Source: Octopus sinensis (lineage: Eukaryota). Taken from it: a stretch of 64,000 nucleotides of DNA. The stretch lies in assembly GCF_006345805.1 (NCBI RefSeq), contig NC_042998.1, positions 125,736,001 through 125,800,000 on the forward strand. Reading direction: 5' to 3'. The notes beneath the pieces are model-generated. The model made no database searches, was not told where the DNA came from, and saw only the letters and a list, made by a program, of their open reading frames with translations. A program made the position numbers and the translations under genes. Of this stretch, positions 12,715 through 25,341 are shown one piece after another. Every line of letters starts with the position of its first letter. Position 1 is the stretch's first letter.

Positions 12715-14176
12715 TGCAAGGGTCAACTGAGAAGTTCACAGGCTGACTAAAATATTCTCATAGAATGTGACTAAATGAGGTTTATTTTTCAACACGTTCC
12801 CCTTGTGGCCCCCACACTTCTTCCTTTAAGTTTTGCAGTGTTTGGATCCCATTGGTGAAGAAGCTTTCATCCTGTTCATCAAAAAAGTCATTAACAACAG
12901 ACATGATGTCATCATCACTGTAATACTAATTCCCAACCACATGTTTTTTCATGTTGGAGAACAGATGTTAATCAGATGGGACCAAATCAAGAGAATAGGG
13001 AGGATGATCAACTAGTTCAAAGCCACAGTCATGTTTGTTCCTTCTCGAGCCACGCATGGATCATAGGGCCAGTTTTCCGGTTTCCTTGGTGTAAAGGTTC
13101 CCCACCTGGACGGGACGCCAGTCCGTCGCAGGTGAGCTGCAAGATGCAGGAGGAAAGAGTGAGAGAAAGTTGTGACAAAAGAGTCAGCAGAAGTTCGCCA
13201 TTACCTTCTGCTGGAGCCGTGTGGAGCTTAGATGTTTTACTCATAAACACACACATCGCCTGGTCTGAGATTCGAACCCGTGATCCCTCGACCATGAGTC
13301 CGCTGCTCTGATCACTAGGCCATGTGCCTCCACAAAGCCACAGTCATGCACAGCAGCCATTGAAAGTAAGGACTTGTGTGCTGGAGCATTGTTGTGATAA
13401 AACAAGATCCCTTTTGTCAGTTTCCCTGATTGTTTGGTCTTGATAGCTTTTCATAATTGCCTCAGCAAGTTAGCATACTACTTGCCATTGATAGTGTGGC
13501 CCTTTCAATAAACACAATGCTTTTTGTATCCCCTAAAACTGAGGCCATCACCCTCCCTGTGGAAGAAACGACCTTGGCCTTCTTTGGAGCAGGAGAGGAG
13601 GGGTATTTCCACTGCATGGATTGCCTCTTTGTCTCTGGCTCAAAATGATGAACTCAACACTCATGCTGGCTTAGGAAACTAGCTGGATCTACCCCACACA
13701 ATGTCAAATTTTCCTGTGATGTGATCAGCCTGGGTGCACTTCTTTATCTGGTTTATAGTCATTCACCTGTTTTCCTTCATCGTGTGGTGAACATGATCAA
13801 TTTTTTCTTTAGTGGTGGAAATTTATGGATGTCTAGACCTTGGGTCATCTTCAAGTCTTTCTCTTCCCGCCCAAATTCAGCTAACCACTTTTGCATTATT
13901 GATGAAGCTGAAGTATCATTCTGTAATGGAGCAACCATGTCCTTGTGAGCTAAACCCTTTCTCTGCAGGTACTTGATAACACTACATTGCGAAATTTTGT
14001 CCATTTTCCAGAAGAATTGCTACAATTCAAGAGGAATTGCTACATTGAACAGCCAGGGGTCAGTTTATCTTTATGAAGTTATAATAAGAAGAACTGAAAT
14101 TAATGTATGCAAGTGTTCACAGCTCTAGCATCACTCCTTCATAGTCAGCCTCTGAACTTTTCAACCAACCCTTGTA
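12715..14176 (-). mobile_element. Decayed mariner transposon interrupted by a SINE
   Basis: TIRs tgcaagggtcaactgagaagttcacaggctgact / agtcagcctctgaacttttcaaccaacccttgta flanked by TA. The minus-strand N-terminus MDKISQCSVIKYLQRKGLAHKDMVA...QKWLAEF is a mariner HTH. Confidence 0.82.
13034..13333 (-). mobile_element. Full-length tRNA-derived SINE family 2
   Basis: The reverse complement starts gtggaggcacatggcctagtg...gggttcgaatctc. 15-bp TSD aaagccacagtcatg at 13019-13033 and 13334-13348. Confidence 0.9.
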
Positions 14177-14796
14177 TAAACCTTTCCCCTATCTCAGGTA
14201 GCATTTCATGATGACATTTTTAATTGTTTCTCACAGCTAGTTTTAACTAAGGCAATATGGAGTAGAGTGTTCTGTGCACAGAAACAATAAATTACTTGTA
14301 GTGGATTTGAACTCCTGATCTTGACCATTCTGCCACTTCAGTATGTGGTGAGATTTTTTTTGTAATGAATTTTTTTTTATGTTGTTGTTGTTGTTCTCAT
14401 TCCTAAGTCATCTTTAACCGAGCTGACCTATTCTTAAAGATGTTCCAACCAGAGTGATCCTATCTTGTCTATCTTGGACTACATTATCCATTGTGTTTTG
14501 CCTTTTCTAAAAACAATAGAGCATGGTTTAAAAGAGATTTGATTGCTATTTCACCATGTTGAACAACCACACAACCAGCACAATACAAGTCATCCCTGAC
14601 TTTGTCAAGAAGCTCCACTGGAATCTTGATTCATAATGGTTATTAGCTGGTAGGGCCTTGTAGGGCAGTGCTTCTCAACAGGGTCCACATGACCCTTGAA
14701 GATCCATATAAGATTTTTTGTTAAAATTTATGTGCAATAAATTGGTTATATTTCTACAATAAACAAAATATTTTAACACTTTTTTATACAATAGGC

Positions 14797-14962
14797 ATAG
14801 GAGTGATTGTGTGGTAAGTAGCTTGCTTACGAACCACATGATCCCGGGCTCAGTCCCACTGGGTGGCACCTTGGGCAAGTGTCTTCTACTATAGCCTTGG
14901 GCTGACCAAAGCCTTGTGAGTGGATTTGGTAGACGGAAACTGAAAGAAGCCTGCCGTATATA

Positions 14963-15009
<47 letters not shown>

Positions 15010-15235
15010 GTGTGTATATGTTTGTGTGTCTGTGTTTTTGTCCCCTCCAACATCACTTGACAACTGATGCTGATGTGTTTACGTCCCCATAACTTAGCAG
15101 TTTGGTAAAAAGAGACCGATAGAATAAGTACTAGACTTACAAAGAATAAGTCCTGGGGTCGATTTGCTCGACTAAAGGTGGTGCTCCAGCATGGCCACAA
15201 CCACATGACTGAAACAAGTAAAAGAGTAAAGAGTA
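14797..15235 (+). mobile_element. Full-length tRNA-derived SINE family 3 with internal (TA)n/(TG)n
   Basis: ggagtgattgtgtggtaagtagcttgc...gggctcagtccc head and aaagagtaaaagag tail. Homologue at 53012. Confidence 0.88.
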
Positions 15236-15624
15236 ATTCCTAATAATATTTAAATATAAAGATATAATACCATTTTTTAAACATCAAATAGTGATGGTAG
15301 TATGTATCCAGTAAAATAAATTAGAAAATCAAAGGGGTTCGTAGGTAAAAATGGTTGAGAAACACTGTAGTAAGGGGTTGAACTGAGAAGTATTGTGCTT
15401 GGAGCATCAGAGGGGGAGGCTGTGTTTCTCCTCTCAAATAACAGCAATACCTGGTATTTATCATTGTTTTTTTTTTTGTGGTGTTGTTTTGTAGTTAATA
15501 GTTTTGTTGCTACTGCTATTGTTGAGCAGCCCTGTTAGCACACTATCTTAGCTGAGATATAGCATGAATGGAAATACTCAATGAAACACTTGTAATCAAG
15601 CTACAGGTCCAGCAGCCTTTATAT

Positions 15625-16505
15625 ACAGAGTGCACTAGGTAAATTGTCGCCATCTTATATTTTCAATTTTGTGCATGCACATTGTTTGTTTATGATTTTG
15701 TCCTCTACATAGTATAGTAGGATCAGTTGTGCACTGTCTGTGAGAAAAACAGCACCATGATGCAATTCACTCTGCCAGAAATTTGGAAATGACATGCTGT
15801 ACTGCTTGGCATTCATGCCAGAAGCTCCAATACAAACATTTCGGAGTGTTACGGTGTCAGTCTGAGGACAGTGCAGTCTGAGGACATGTACCAAGAGTGA
15901 TAAAAATCAAACATCCATTCAACATCATGGTGTTTGATATGGTGACGTTATGCCTCCCTTCATCATCCTACACAGCCTCAGACTCAACACGGAGGCCTAC
16001 ATCAATTACCTGGGCGAGGTAGTGCTACCTTGGGTCAAGAGAGTGGCTGCTGGAAGACCTTATGTCTGACAACAGGACTCTGCACCATGCCACACAAGCA
16101 GGAGAACCCAGTCATGGCTGTCAGACAATTTCTGCATTCACATCACCCTTAACATCTGGCCACCTAATTTCCCAGACTGCAACCTCCTTGATTATTATGT
16201 GTGGGGCAGAGTTGAGTGAGAGACCAACAAAACTCCTTGTAACACCAAAGATGAATTGAAGGCAAGGATTATGGTAGCATTCGCCAACTTAAACAAGGAG
16301 ACCGTCCAGAAGAGTTTGCAGGAGATTCCAAAGTCATCTGGAGGCTGTGGTAGAAGCCAATGGCGATTTTATTGAATAAATTTACTCTGCAGTATTTCAA
16401 GATATTTTTATGTAATTTTGGTAAATATATCTGCTAAAATGAGATGTCAGTGTTATTTTCATTTTTGCATAATTTAGATGACAGTTTATTCACCACAACC
16501 TGCAT
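15625..16505 (+). mobile_element. Internally deleted DD37D (maT-type) Tc1/mariner-superfamily transposon
   Basis: Residual transposase QQDSAPCHTSRRTQSWLSDNFCIHITLNIWPPNFPDCNLLDYYVWG has 37 residues between the second and third Asp. Degenerate TIRs with TA flanks. Confidence 0.8.
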
Positions 16506-16629
16506 ATCTCTGGATCCTTCAATATTTGATGTGTGTGTTTGTGTGTGTGTGCGTCTGTGTGAGGTGTGTGTGTATGCATTCAAACCACAGAAGTAAATAC
16601 TACAGCTACTACTACTACTACTAACAATA

Positions 16630-16840
16630 ATAAATCTTTCTACTAAAGACACAAGGGCTGACAGTTTGTGGGAGGAGACTAGTCAATTACATTAACCCCA
16701 GTGTTTTACTGGTACTTAATTTATCAATCCCAAAAGGATGAAAGGCAAAGTTGACCTCAATGGAATTTGAGAATGTAAAGACAGAAAAAATACCACTAAG
16801 CATTTTGCCCAGTGTGCTAATGATTCTGCCAGCTCGCTGC
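16630..16840 (-). mobile_element. SINE family 1 inserted in (CTA/AAT)n
   Basis: Reverse complement of the 8455 type, with microsatellite on both sides. Confidence 0.85.
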
Positions 16841-16884
<44 letters not shown>

Positions 16885-16899
16885 TGATGATGATAGTAA

Positions 16900-17840
16900 A
16901 AATCAATGATATTAGAATGGAATTTGGACCGAAAGTTGTGTAACTAAAGAAAAATTTAAATAAGAAATGAACAAAAAAAAAAGAAAAAGCATGGAAGAAA
17001 AAATGTATGGTCAGATTGCAAGAGATGTGAACGCTAAGACAAATACAGAGGACCAGCGGCTATGAATGAGGAGGAGTGACCTGAAAGTAGAGACAGAAGC
17101 ACTCATATGCACAGCTCAAGAACAAGCATTAAGGATCAATTATATGAAGTGCAGAATTGACAACACTACCGAAAGTGACAAATGCAGAATGTGTGGTGAG
17201 AGGGGTGAAACGATATGGCACATCATTAGCGAATGCCTGAAATTGACACAACATGAATACAAATGACGCTATGACAATGTAGCAAGAATGATCCAATGGG
17301 AGTTTTGTGGAAATCATGGCCTACAAAGAGCAAAAACGTGGTATGAACAAACCCCAGAAAGAGTCACCAAAAACAAGAACTACAAAATCCTATGAAATGT
17401 AATGATCCAGTGTGATCACCTGACCAGACATAGGATACCGGACATTGTTGTGGTGAATAAAAAAGAAAGAACATGTATGATTATCGACATAGCATGCCCT
17501 GCTGACAACAGGATCAATGTGAAAGGAGAAGAAAAAATAAACAACTATGACAATTTAAAGTGGGAAATACGAAGGTCATAGTGAATGAAGAGAGTAAAAT
17601 GTGACACCAATAATAAATGGGGCACTTGGAAGTATCAGCACTCAGCTACTAACATGGCTGAAAAAGATCGGTGAAAGTGTGAAGGTAGAACATCTACAAA
17701 AATCAGCATTGCTTGGAACTGCAAGAATCCTTCATAGGGTTCTTGAATAATGACCAGTAAACAAATGTTACCTTAGTCTGCTTGCTGTAGACAGCCGACA
17801 CTTTCCATCATAACCAGCAAAATAAACTGTGAGTTTTCAT
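16900..17840 (+). mobile_element. R4/Dong-like RLE non-LTR retrotransposon, lineage B, 3' fragment
   Basis: DLKVETEALICTAQEQ, Zn finger CRMCGERGETIWHIISEC, RxPDIVV..IIDIACP, QKSALLGTARILHRVL. Ends in (AAT)n. Confidence 0.9.
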
Positions 17841-17855
17841 ATAATAATAAAAATA

Positions 17856-18345
17856 ATAATATGGAGTTGGAGAAATGTAAGATTTTGTGGGACTTTCCTA
17901 TTCAAATGGACAAGAATTTAAAAAATAATAGACTGGATATAACAATTATAGATAAAGGAAAGCGAAGTTGCTTACTGATTGACCCATCATGCTTGTTTGA
18001 TTCCAGGATCATAAAGAAAGAGGACAGAGAATGAAAAGATAGAATCCCCATAAATTTGAAATAGGAAGAATTTGGAGCATGTGAACAGTAAAGGGCATGT
18101 CTATAATAATTGGTGCATTGGAAACAGTAAGCAAAGATATAGACAAATGGCTGAAGGAAATTGGAATAGAATGCTCGGTAGAGCTCCTACAAAAAGTTTG
18201 TCTCTTAGGGACAACAAGGATTATCAGGAGGGTTCTAAGCACTTGAAAGACTGATGGAAACTTGTGGATAGTTAAGATTACAAGTAGTAACCCACTGTCT
18301 ACATAAATCCTATCAGGAATAACACTGAACCTGAGCCAAACCAAA
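17856..18345 (+). mobile_element. R4/Dong-like element, lineage C, 3' fragment
   Basis: KILWDFPIQMDK...RLDITII...LIDPSC...IIGALETVSKDIDKWLKEIGIECSVELLQKVCLLGTTRIIRRVL. (AAT)n tail. Confidence 0.88.
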
Positions 18346-18664
18346 ATAATAATTATGAGGAACTCTCACATTGAAGATAACATATGAGTGTTCAGCATTT
18401 GCCAAATGACCTGCACAAGTGATTTGTTTATGGTGATCAAATGTATGTGCTGAACATTAGCTCAGTCTCTCCATCAAAGCAGTGTTGTCTGAACAGGTGC
18501 ATAGTGTACCATGCATCAGGTGTTGAAGTGATCACAGAACAATGTGAGATGAAGTGTTTTGCTCAAGAACACAACACATCATGTAGTCTAGGGATTGAAA
18601 CCATGATCTCACAATCATGAGTTCAACACCACTAGACCATGCACCCTCACATAAGCAATAATAA

Positions 18665-19390
18665 TAATCCGTTCTATCATATGCACAAGGCCTAAAGTTT
18701 TGGGTAGGAGACTAGTCGATTACATTGACCCCAGAATTTCACTGGTACTTAATGTATTGACCTTGAAAGGATGAAAGGCAAAGTCGACCTTGGCAGAATT
18801 TGAACTCAGAACATAGCTACAGGTGAAATACCGCTAAGCATTTCATCCAGCGTGCTAACGAATCTGCCAACTCACTGCCTTAATAATAATGATGATAATA
18901 ATAGCAACAACAACAACAATAATAATAATAATAATAATAATTTCAAATTTTAGCACAAGGCCAGTAATTCTGGGTGAGGCATTAAGTTGATTACATCGAC
19001 TACTATGTTCAGGTGGTACTTATTTTATTGACCTCAGAAAGATGAAAAGCAAAGTAAGCCTTGGCAACATTTGGTTCAGAGCATAAAGACAGATGAAATA
19101 CCGAGCATTTTGATTGGCATGCTAACTATTCTGCTAGCTCGATACCTTAACAATAATAACAACAACAATAATAGTAGTTTCAAATCTTGCCACAAGGGCA
19201 GCCCTTTTGGGAGAGGGGATGTGTTGATTACATTGATCCCAGTATTCAACTGGTATTTAATTTATCGACCCCCGAAAGGATGAAAGGTAAAGTTGACCTC
19301 GGTGGAATTTGAACAAAGAATGTAAAGACAGATTAAATGCCTCTAAGCCTGTTGTCTGGTGTATTATTGATTCTGCTAGTTCACCACCTG
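18665..19390 (-). mobile_element. Three consecutive SINE family 1 copies separated by (AAT/AAC)n
   Basis: The motif gatgaaag(g/a)caaagt..acctt..gcagaatttga recurs at about 18770, 19040 and 19280. Confidence 0.85.
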
Positions 19391-19407
19391 AATAATAATA
19401 ATAATAA

Positions 19408-21904
19408 GAAGAAGAAATATGGTCGGCGAACGAACAACCAAAAAAAAGGAGTATCAAAATAACAAACTCGGCATCTGAACAACTTTGGACCCCCATAACA
19501 ACTGAAGAGGTCACCCAGGCACTGCAAAGACTAAGCAACTGAAAGGCACCTGGGCATGACAAGATCCCCAACTTCTGGTTGAAATATCTAACAGGAATGC
19601 ACAAAAAGCTGGCTGAAAACTTTAACAACATACTAGCAGAGCCAGAGACAATGCCTGAATGGCTCACGAAGGGGAAAACCATCATAATTCCCAAATCAAA
19701 TGAAACAGCAAAACCAGAAAACTACAGACCAATAACCTGCCTCCCTACTATGTTCAAGGCATTTACTGCAGTGATATCGCAAAGGCTGAACAAGCACCTG
19801 GACGAAAACAAACTGTTCCCAGAAGAGCAGAAAGGATGCCGCAAAGGCTCATATGGCTGTAAAGATCAACTAATGATTAATAAAGCCATAACTGAAGACA
19901 GCCACAGAAAGAAGAAAGGCCTCAGTATGGCCTGGATTGACTACAAAAAGGCGTTTGATAGCATCCCCCACACATGGATCCTCGAAACACTAGCCATTAA
20001 CAAAGTAGCACCAACAATCATAAAATTCATAGAGCACTCTATGAATAAATGGCAAACAGTCCTACACCTCCAAACAAAAGAGGGACTCATGAAAACCAAA
20101 GACATCCCCATTAGAAGAGGAATATTCCAGGGAGACACACTCTCTCCACTCATTTTCTGCTTAGCACTGTCACCTCTATCTGATATACTAAATAGAACTG
20201 GATGCGGATATAAATGTGACAGCAAAACGATCAGCCACCTTTTATATATGGATGACCTAAAACTATACGCTGCAAATGACAAACAACTGGAAACACTATT
20301 AAAGACAGTTCATGGATTTACCAAAGAAATAGATATGAAATTTGGATTAGAAAAATGCACCAAAGTAACCATGAAAAGAGGAAAACTAGTTAAGAGTAAC
20401 AACATCACACTAGATAAAACCAATGAAATAAAAGAATTAGACCAAAGCCAAACTTACAAATACTTAGGAATCCATGAACTAGATAAGACACAACACACAC
20501 AAATGAAAGAGAAAATAAAAAAAGAATATTATAGACGAGTTAGATCAATACTAAAAACAGAGCTCAATGCTAAAAACAAGATAATAGGTATCAACACTTT
20601 AGCTGTCCCAGTTATAAGTTACAGCTACAATATCCTTAACTGGACACGAAATGAACTGACCAAAATAGATAGGAAAACAAGAAAAATAATGACAGGATCT
20701 AGGATGCATCATCCAAAATCTGACATAGAAAGACTATATATACAACGTATAGAAGGTGGTAGAGGCCTTATACAGCTGGAAAACTACTATAAAATAACCA
20801 CCATAGGACTGCAAAAATATCTACTTCAGAAAGAAGGAAAACTGATCCAGATAGCGGCAAAACACGAGCAAAACAAAAAACTGTTCTCAGTATTTAAGGA
20901 AGCTGACAAATACAAACAAGAAATCATACCACCTAATAAACATGAAGAAAAAGAAGAAGAAGATGAAGAAACAACAAAAGCTATAAAACAAATGAAATCC
21001 AAACTAAAAATAGAACAGCAACGAACCATGATAAAACGATGGCAAGAAAAGCCCCTTCATGGTAAATACTGGACTAAACTAAATGCAAAAGAAATAGATA
21101 AAGAAAAATCCCAGCAATGGTTGAGAAGCTCAGGACTCAAAGCAGAAACAGAGGGATTTTTAATTGCAGCACAAGACCAAAGCCTCCCCACCAGAAATTA
21201 CCAAAAACATGTAATGAAAAGAAATATTACAAGTAACTGCAGAATATGTGGAGATGGACAAGAAACAATAAATCATATTATCTCTAGCTGCCCAGTCCTG
21301 GCTAAGAAGGAATATATTCACAGACATGACAGAGTTGGAACCTACATACATTGGAAGCTATGCCAACATTATGGAATAACAACAGAAAAAAGATGGTATA
21401 GGCACACACCAGAAAAGGTCACAGAAAACGAGAAAGCAACCATACTCTGGGATATGCCGATACACACAGACAGAGAAATTAAGGCCAACAGACCAGATAT
21501 AGTTGTCAGAGATCATGAAGAAAAAAAATGCTTTCTAATTGATGTATCAATACCGGCAGATGACAATGTGTCTCTAAAAGAAATGGAGAAACTCTCAAAA
21601 TACAAAGACCTGGAAATAGAGGTAACTAGAATGTAGAATCTGAAAACAGAAACAATTCCTATCATAGTAGGTGCATTAGGCATGATAAAAAAATATTCAG
21701 ACAAATACATAACAAAAACACCAGTACTTACAAACACATATAACATACAGAAAATTGCACTACTAGGCACTGCACACATCCTACGCAGAACACTTTCCAT
21801 ACAATAACCATCAGAGCATCACAACAAATCACAGCACATACCCAAGGCACACAGAGCTGCGCTCGGTAGTGAAGTGAAAGCACGCTATAAAAATAAAACT
21901 ACTG
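19408..21904 (+). mobile_element. Near-intact but 5'-truncated R4/Dong-like RLE non-LTR retrotransposon (lineage A): RT, Zn finger and restriction-like endonuclease
   Basis: One frame runs 19408-21807 with no frameshift. Motifs: YRPITCL, EQKGCR, WIDYKKAFDS, RGIFQGDTLSPL, HLLYMDDLKL, YKYLG, CRICG..ETINHIISSC, RPDIVV..LIDVSIP..EKLSKY. Stops TGA 19540 and TAG 21634. 3'UTR then (AAT)n, with (AAT)n also at the 5' junction. Confidence 0.96.
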
Positions 21905-22039
21905 AATAATAATAATAATAATAGTGACCCACTTGGTAAGTGGATGTGAAATCCTTGCACAAAAAGAATACAATCACCACCATAACAAAGTGTGTGTGTA
22001 TCTTCATTGGCTCTTATGCTGTAAATACTAAGTAACAGA

Positions 22040-22532
22040 GAACTGGTATAAGCATGTACCGAGTAAAGTTATGCAGGAAGATGGAAAAGTAACGATACTC
22101 TGGGACTATGATTTTCAGACGGATCGTGTAATTGAACACCGTCAGCCAGATATTGTCATATTGAATAAGAGTGACAAATACTACCAGATTATTGATGTAG
22201 CCATACTAAATTACATGAATATTGTAAGTAAAGAGGTTGAAAAAATCTCCAAGAACTCTGAATTGAAAGTAGAAATGGCAAGACTGTATGGAATGCGAGA
22301 GGGTAAAGTAAAAGTGATACCAGTGGTGACCAGAGTGTTGGGCTCAATCCCATTGAAACTTTATGACTTCTTAAGGCAACTGGAAATCCCATTCAAGATT
22401 GATGTCTTGTGAAAAAGCAGCCTTATTGGGCACAGTGCACATCTTAAGGAAAGTATTATCTGTCTGAGGTCCTTGTTGTGACTTGACAGATGACTAAAGA
22501 CTTCGTTGCATTTTTACACTGTGTTATGAAGG
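22040..22532 (+). mobile_element. R4/Dong-like element, lineage D, 3' fragment
   Basis: ORF 22071..22412 has ILWDYDFQTDRVIEHRQPDIVIL...IIDVAI...EKISK...VIPVV..LG, followed by an (AAT)n tail. Confidence 0.88.
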
Positions 22533-22739
22533 AATAATAATAGCAATAATAATAACAATCATCATCATCATCATCATTTAATATCTGTCTTACATGCTGG
22601 CATGGGTTGGATAGTAAACCAGAAGACTGTGCCAAGTTCCACTGTCTGTTTTGGCATGCTTTTTACAGTTGGATGCCCTTCCCAAAATAAATTACTTTAC
22701 AGATGTAATAATAATGATGAGGAAGAGAGCGGAAATTTT

Positions 22740-23698
22740 TTTTCTAAATTTGGCACAAGGCCAGCAGTTTTTGAGAAGACGGTGCTAGTTGATATCATTT
22801 ACTGCTGTATTTGAATGGTACTTTATTTTATAAACTCCAAAGAGATGAAAAGTTGAACTTGGCAGGATTTAAGCATAGAAGGTAAAGAGCTGGAACAAAT
22901 ACTGCAAAGTGTTTTGTTTGCCAATGATAATCCTTTCTGCTACAGGAAAGGAGGGGGTAAGTCAATTACATTGAACCCAGTGCTTGACTTACTTATTTCA
23001 CCAACCCTGAAAAAAACGAAAGGCAAAGTTGACCTTGGCAGAATTTGAACTCAGAATGTAGTGAAAGGCAAAATACTGCTAAGCATTTCACCCGGTGTGC
23101 TAACAATTCTTTCAGTTCACCACCCTTATTATTGTTTGTAAATAATAATGATAATAATAAGTCGACCCTGGTGGAATTTGTACTCAGAAAGTAGTGGCAG
23201 ACGAAATACCGCTAAGTATTTCGCCGGGCATGCTAATGATTTTTTTAGCTCACTGCCTTAGTATAATAATAATCCTTTCTACTGTAGGCACAAGGCCCAA
23301 AAATTTGGAGGAGGGGATAGTTGATTACATTGATCCCAGTGCATAACTGGTACTTATTTCATCGTCCCTGAAAGGATGAAAGGCAAAGTTAACCTCGGCA
23401 GAATTTGAACTCAGAATGTAACGGCAGATGAAATACCACTAAGCATTTCCCCTGGCGTGCTAACGATTCTGCCAGTTCGCCGCATTAGTATTTTAATAAT
23501 GATAATGATAGTAATGGCACATGGCCAGCACCCTAGGAGGAGGGGTAAGTCATTGACCCCAAGGAGGGGACATTGACCCTGAAAGGATGAAAGGCAAAGT
23601 CAACCTCAGAAGAATTTGAACTTAGAATATAAAGGCACAAAATGCTTCTAAGCATTTTGCCCAGCATGCTAAGAATTTTTACCGGCTTGCTACCTTAA
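22740..23698 (-). mobile_element. Stack of about five SINE family 1 copies or fragments
   Basis: Repeated gaaaggcaaagt.aacct.ggcagaatttgaactcagaa.gta...ctaagcattt...gctaa units separated by (AAT)n. Confidence 0.85.
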
Positions 23699-24045
23699 AT
23701 AACAACAACAACAACAACAGTAATAATAATAATAATAACAATAATAATAATAATGATAATAATAATAATAATAATGATGATGATGATGATGATGATGATA
23801 ATGATAATAATAATAATGATATAATAATAATAATAATGATGATGATAATAATGATGATAATAATAATGATGATAATAATAATAATGATGATAATAATAAT
23901 GATAATAATAATAATGATAATAATAATAATAATGATGATGATGATGATAATAATAATAATGATGATGATGATAATAATGATAATAATAATAATAATAATA
24001 ATGATAATAATAATAATGATGATAATAATAATAATAATAATAATT
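23698..24045. repeat. Long compound (AAC)/(AAT)/(GAT)n microsatellite, about 350 bp
   Basis: Direct inspection. It explains the poly-L/I/M ORFs. Confidence 0.95.
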
Positions 24046-24496
24046 TTTCAGGCCTCTTTTTGTCAGTTAGCTTCATTTTTTTCTTTTTTGGTATCCACCT
24101 GAAATTCTTTTCACATAATTTTTGGCTCTCAAACTTCTCATTTGATTTTTTGATAAATGTTTTTGTTGTTGTTGTTCCTGTTAATTTTGTTATTGCCATT
24201 GTTGTTATAAATCATAATGATGATATAAAACTTCATTTCCTTGATGTTATTGTTGCTGTTGTTAATTATTTGATTATCCACACCCAGAAATACCAAGATT
24301 CTCTGTAGATTTTTATGTAGCCAAGATAGGCAATATTCAAATTTGCATACCTTTTTTTTCTTTCTGTTTTTTTTTGCTATATTTCTACCAGTGTTGTCTC
24401 CAAACTATAAACAATGACCTTAAAAGTTATGATGTTTTCTTTTTAAGTCTTATTTTTAATCATGGCAAAGTACGGAAACAATGCTTCAAGATGCAG

Positions 24497-24724
24497 TTAA
24501 CCCTCTTTTCACCATATATTTGTTGAAATATGCTACCTATGTTTCAACTAATTTTAAAAATACTGAAGAATTTAGTAAAATAATAGTTATTATTAAGTTA
24601 GTGTTTAAAACATAAATTAATTTGAAATTTTGAAGGAAGGCTTTAATTTAGATAACTTTACACAGGAAAGTTTGTATCAGTAAACCAAATGTAGTCTCAG
24701 GTAGGTTGGTATCAAGAGGGTTCA
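24497..24724 (+). mobile_element. piggyBac-like MITE family B
   Basis: TTAA-CCCTC...GAGGG-TTCA termini. Homologous to 5329-5558. Confidence 0.62.
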
Positions 24725-25104
24725 GACACTTTATATTTTATATGCCTCAGTTTCATCTTCCTGTTAGATAAGGGTATCAATACACTAGCATTTTATCCAT
24801 ATCGAAATGTGTCACTTATTCTATTAATACTTCATAAATTAGAGTTAAATGCAAGTGTTTTGGATACCTTAAGATTCAAGAAAATGATTAACTCTCTTTT
24901 TTTGTTGTTAATCATAATTTTTCAAAAATACTGAAAAAAATTGGGTTTTAAGTAAATCTAGCTGGAATTTCTTTAACTTTATATATAAATAGGAGTGGAA
25001 GTCATATTGGGAAGATCTGTGTTTGAAGTAGATGTGGAATGAAGCTTTAAAGTCAGTGCGTGATGTAGGTGTGTAAAATAGATACTGAAGATGAAGAAGG
25101 TTCA

Positions 25105-25341
25105 TCATCGTCATCATTTAACATCCGTTTTCCGTGCTAGCACGGGTTGGATGGTTCAACTGGGGCCTGGGAAACCAGGAGGCTGCACCAGGCTCCAGTC
25201 TGATCTGGCAGTGTTTCTACAGCTGGATGCCCTTCCTAATGCCAACCACTCAGTGAGTGTAGTGGGTGCTTTTTACGTGCCACCGGCACAGGTGCCAGGG
25301 GAGGCTGGCAGCAGCCATGATCAGTTGGTGCTTTTTACGTG
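25105..25341 (-). mobile_element. (GAT)n-tailed short retroposon (tail of RTE type)
   Basis: catcatcgtcatcatttaacatccgttttccgtgctagcacgggttgg...ctggatgcccttcctaatgccaaccac, close to 41605-41852. Confidence 0.8.

Noticed and set aside
23690-24199. 169-aa and 88-aa ORFs rich in L/S/Y/H or M/I
   Set aside because: Translations of an (AAT/GAT)n microsatellite. No splice or homology support.
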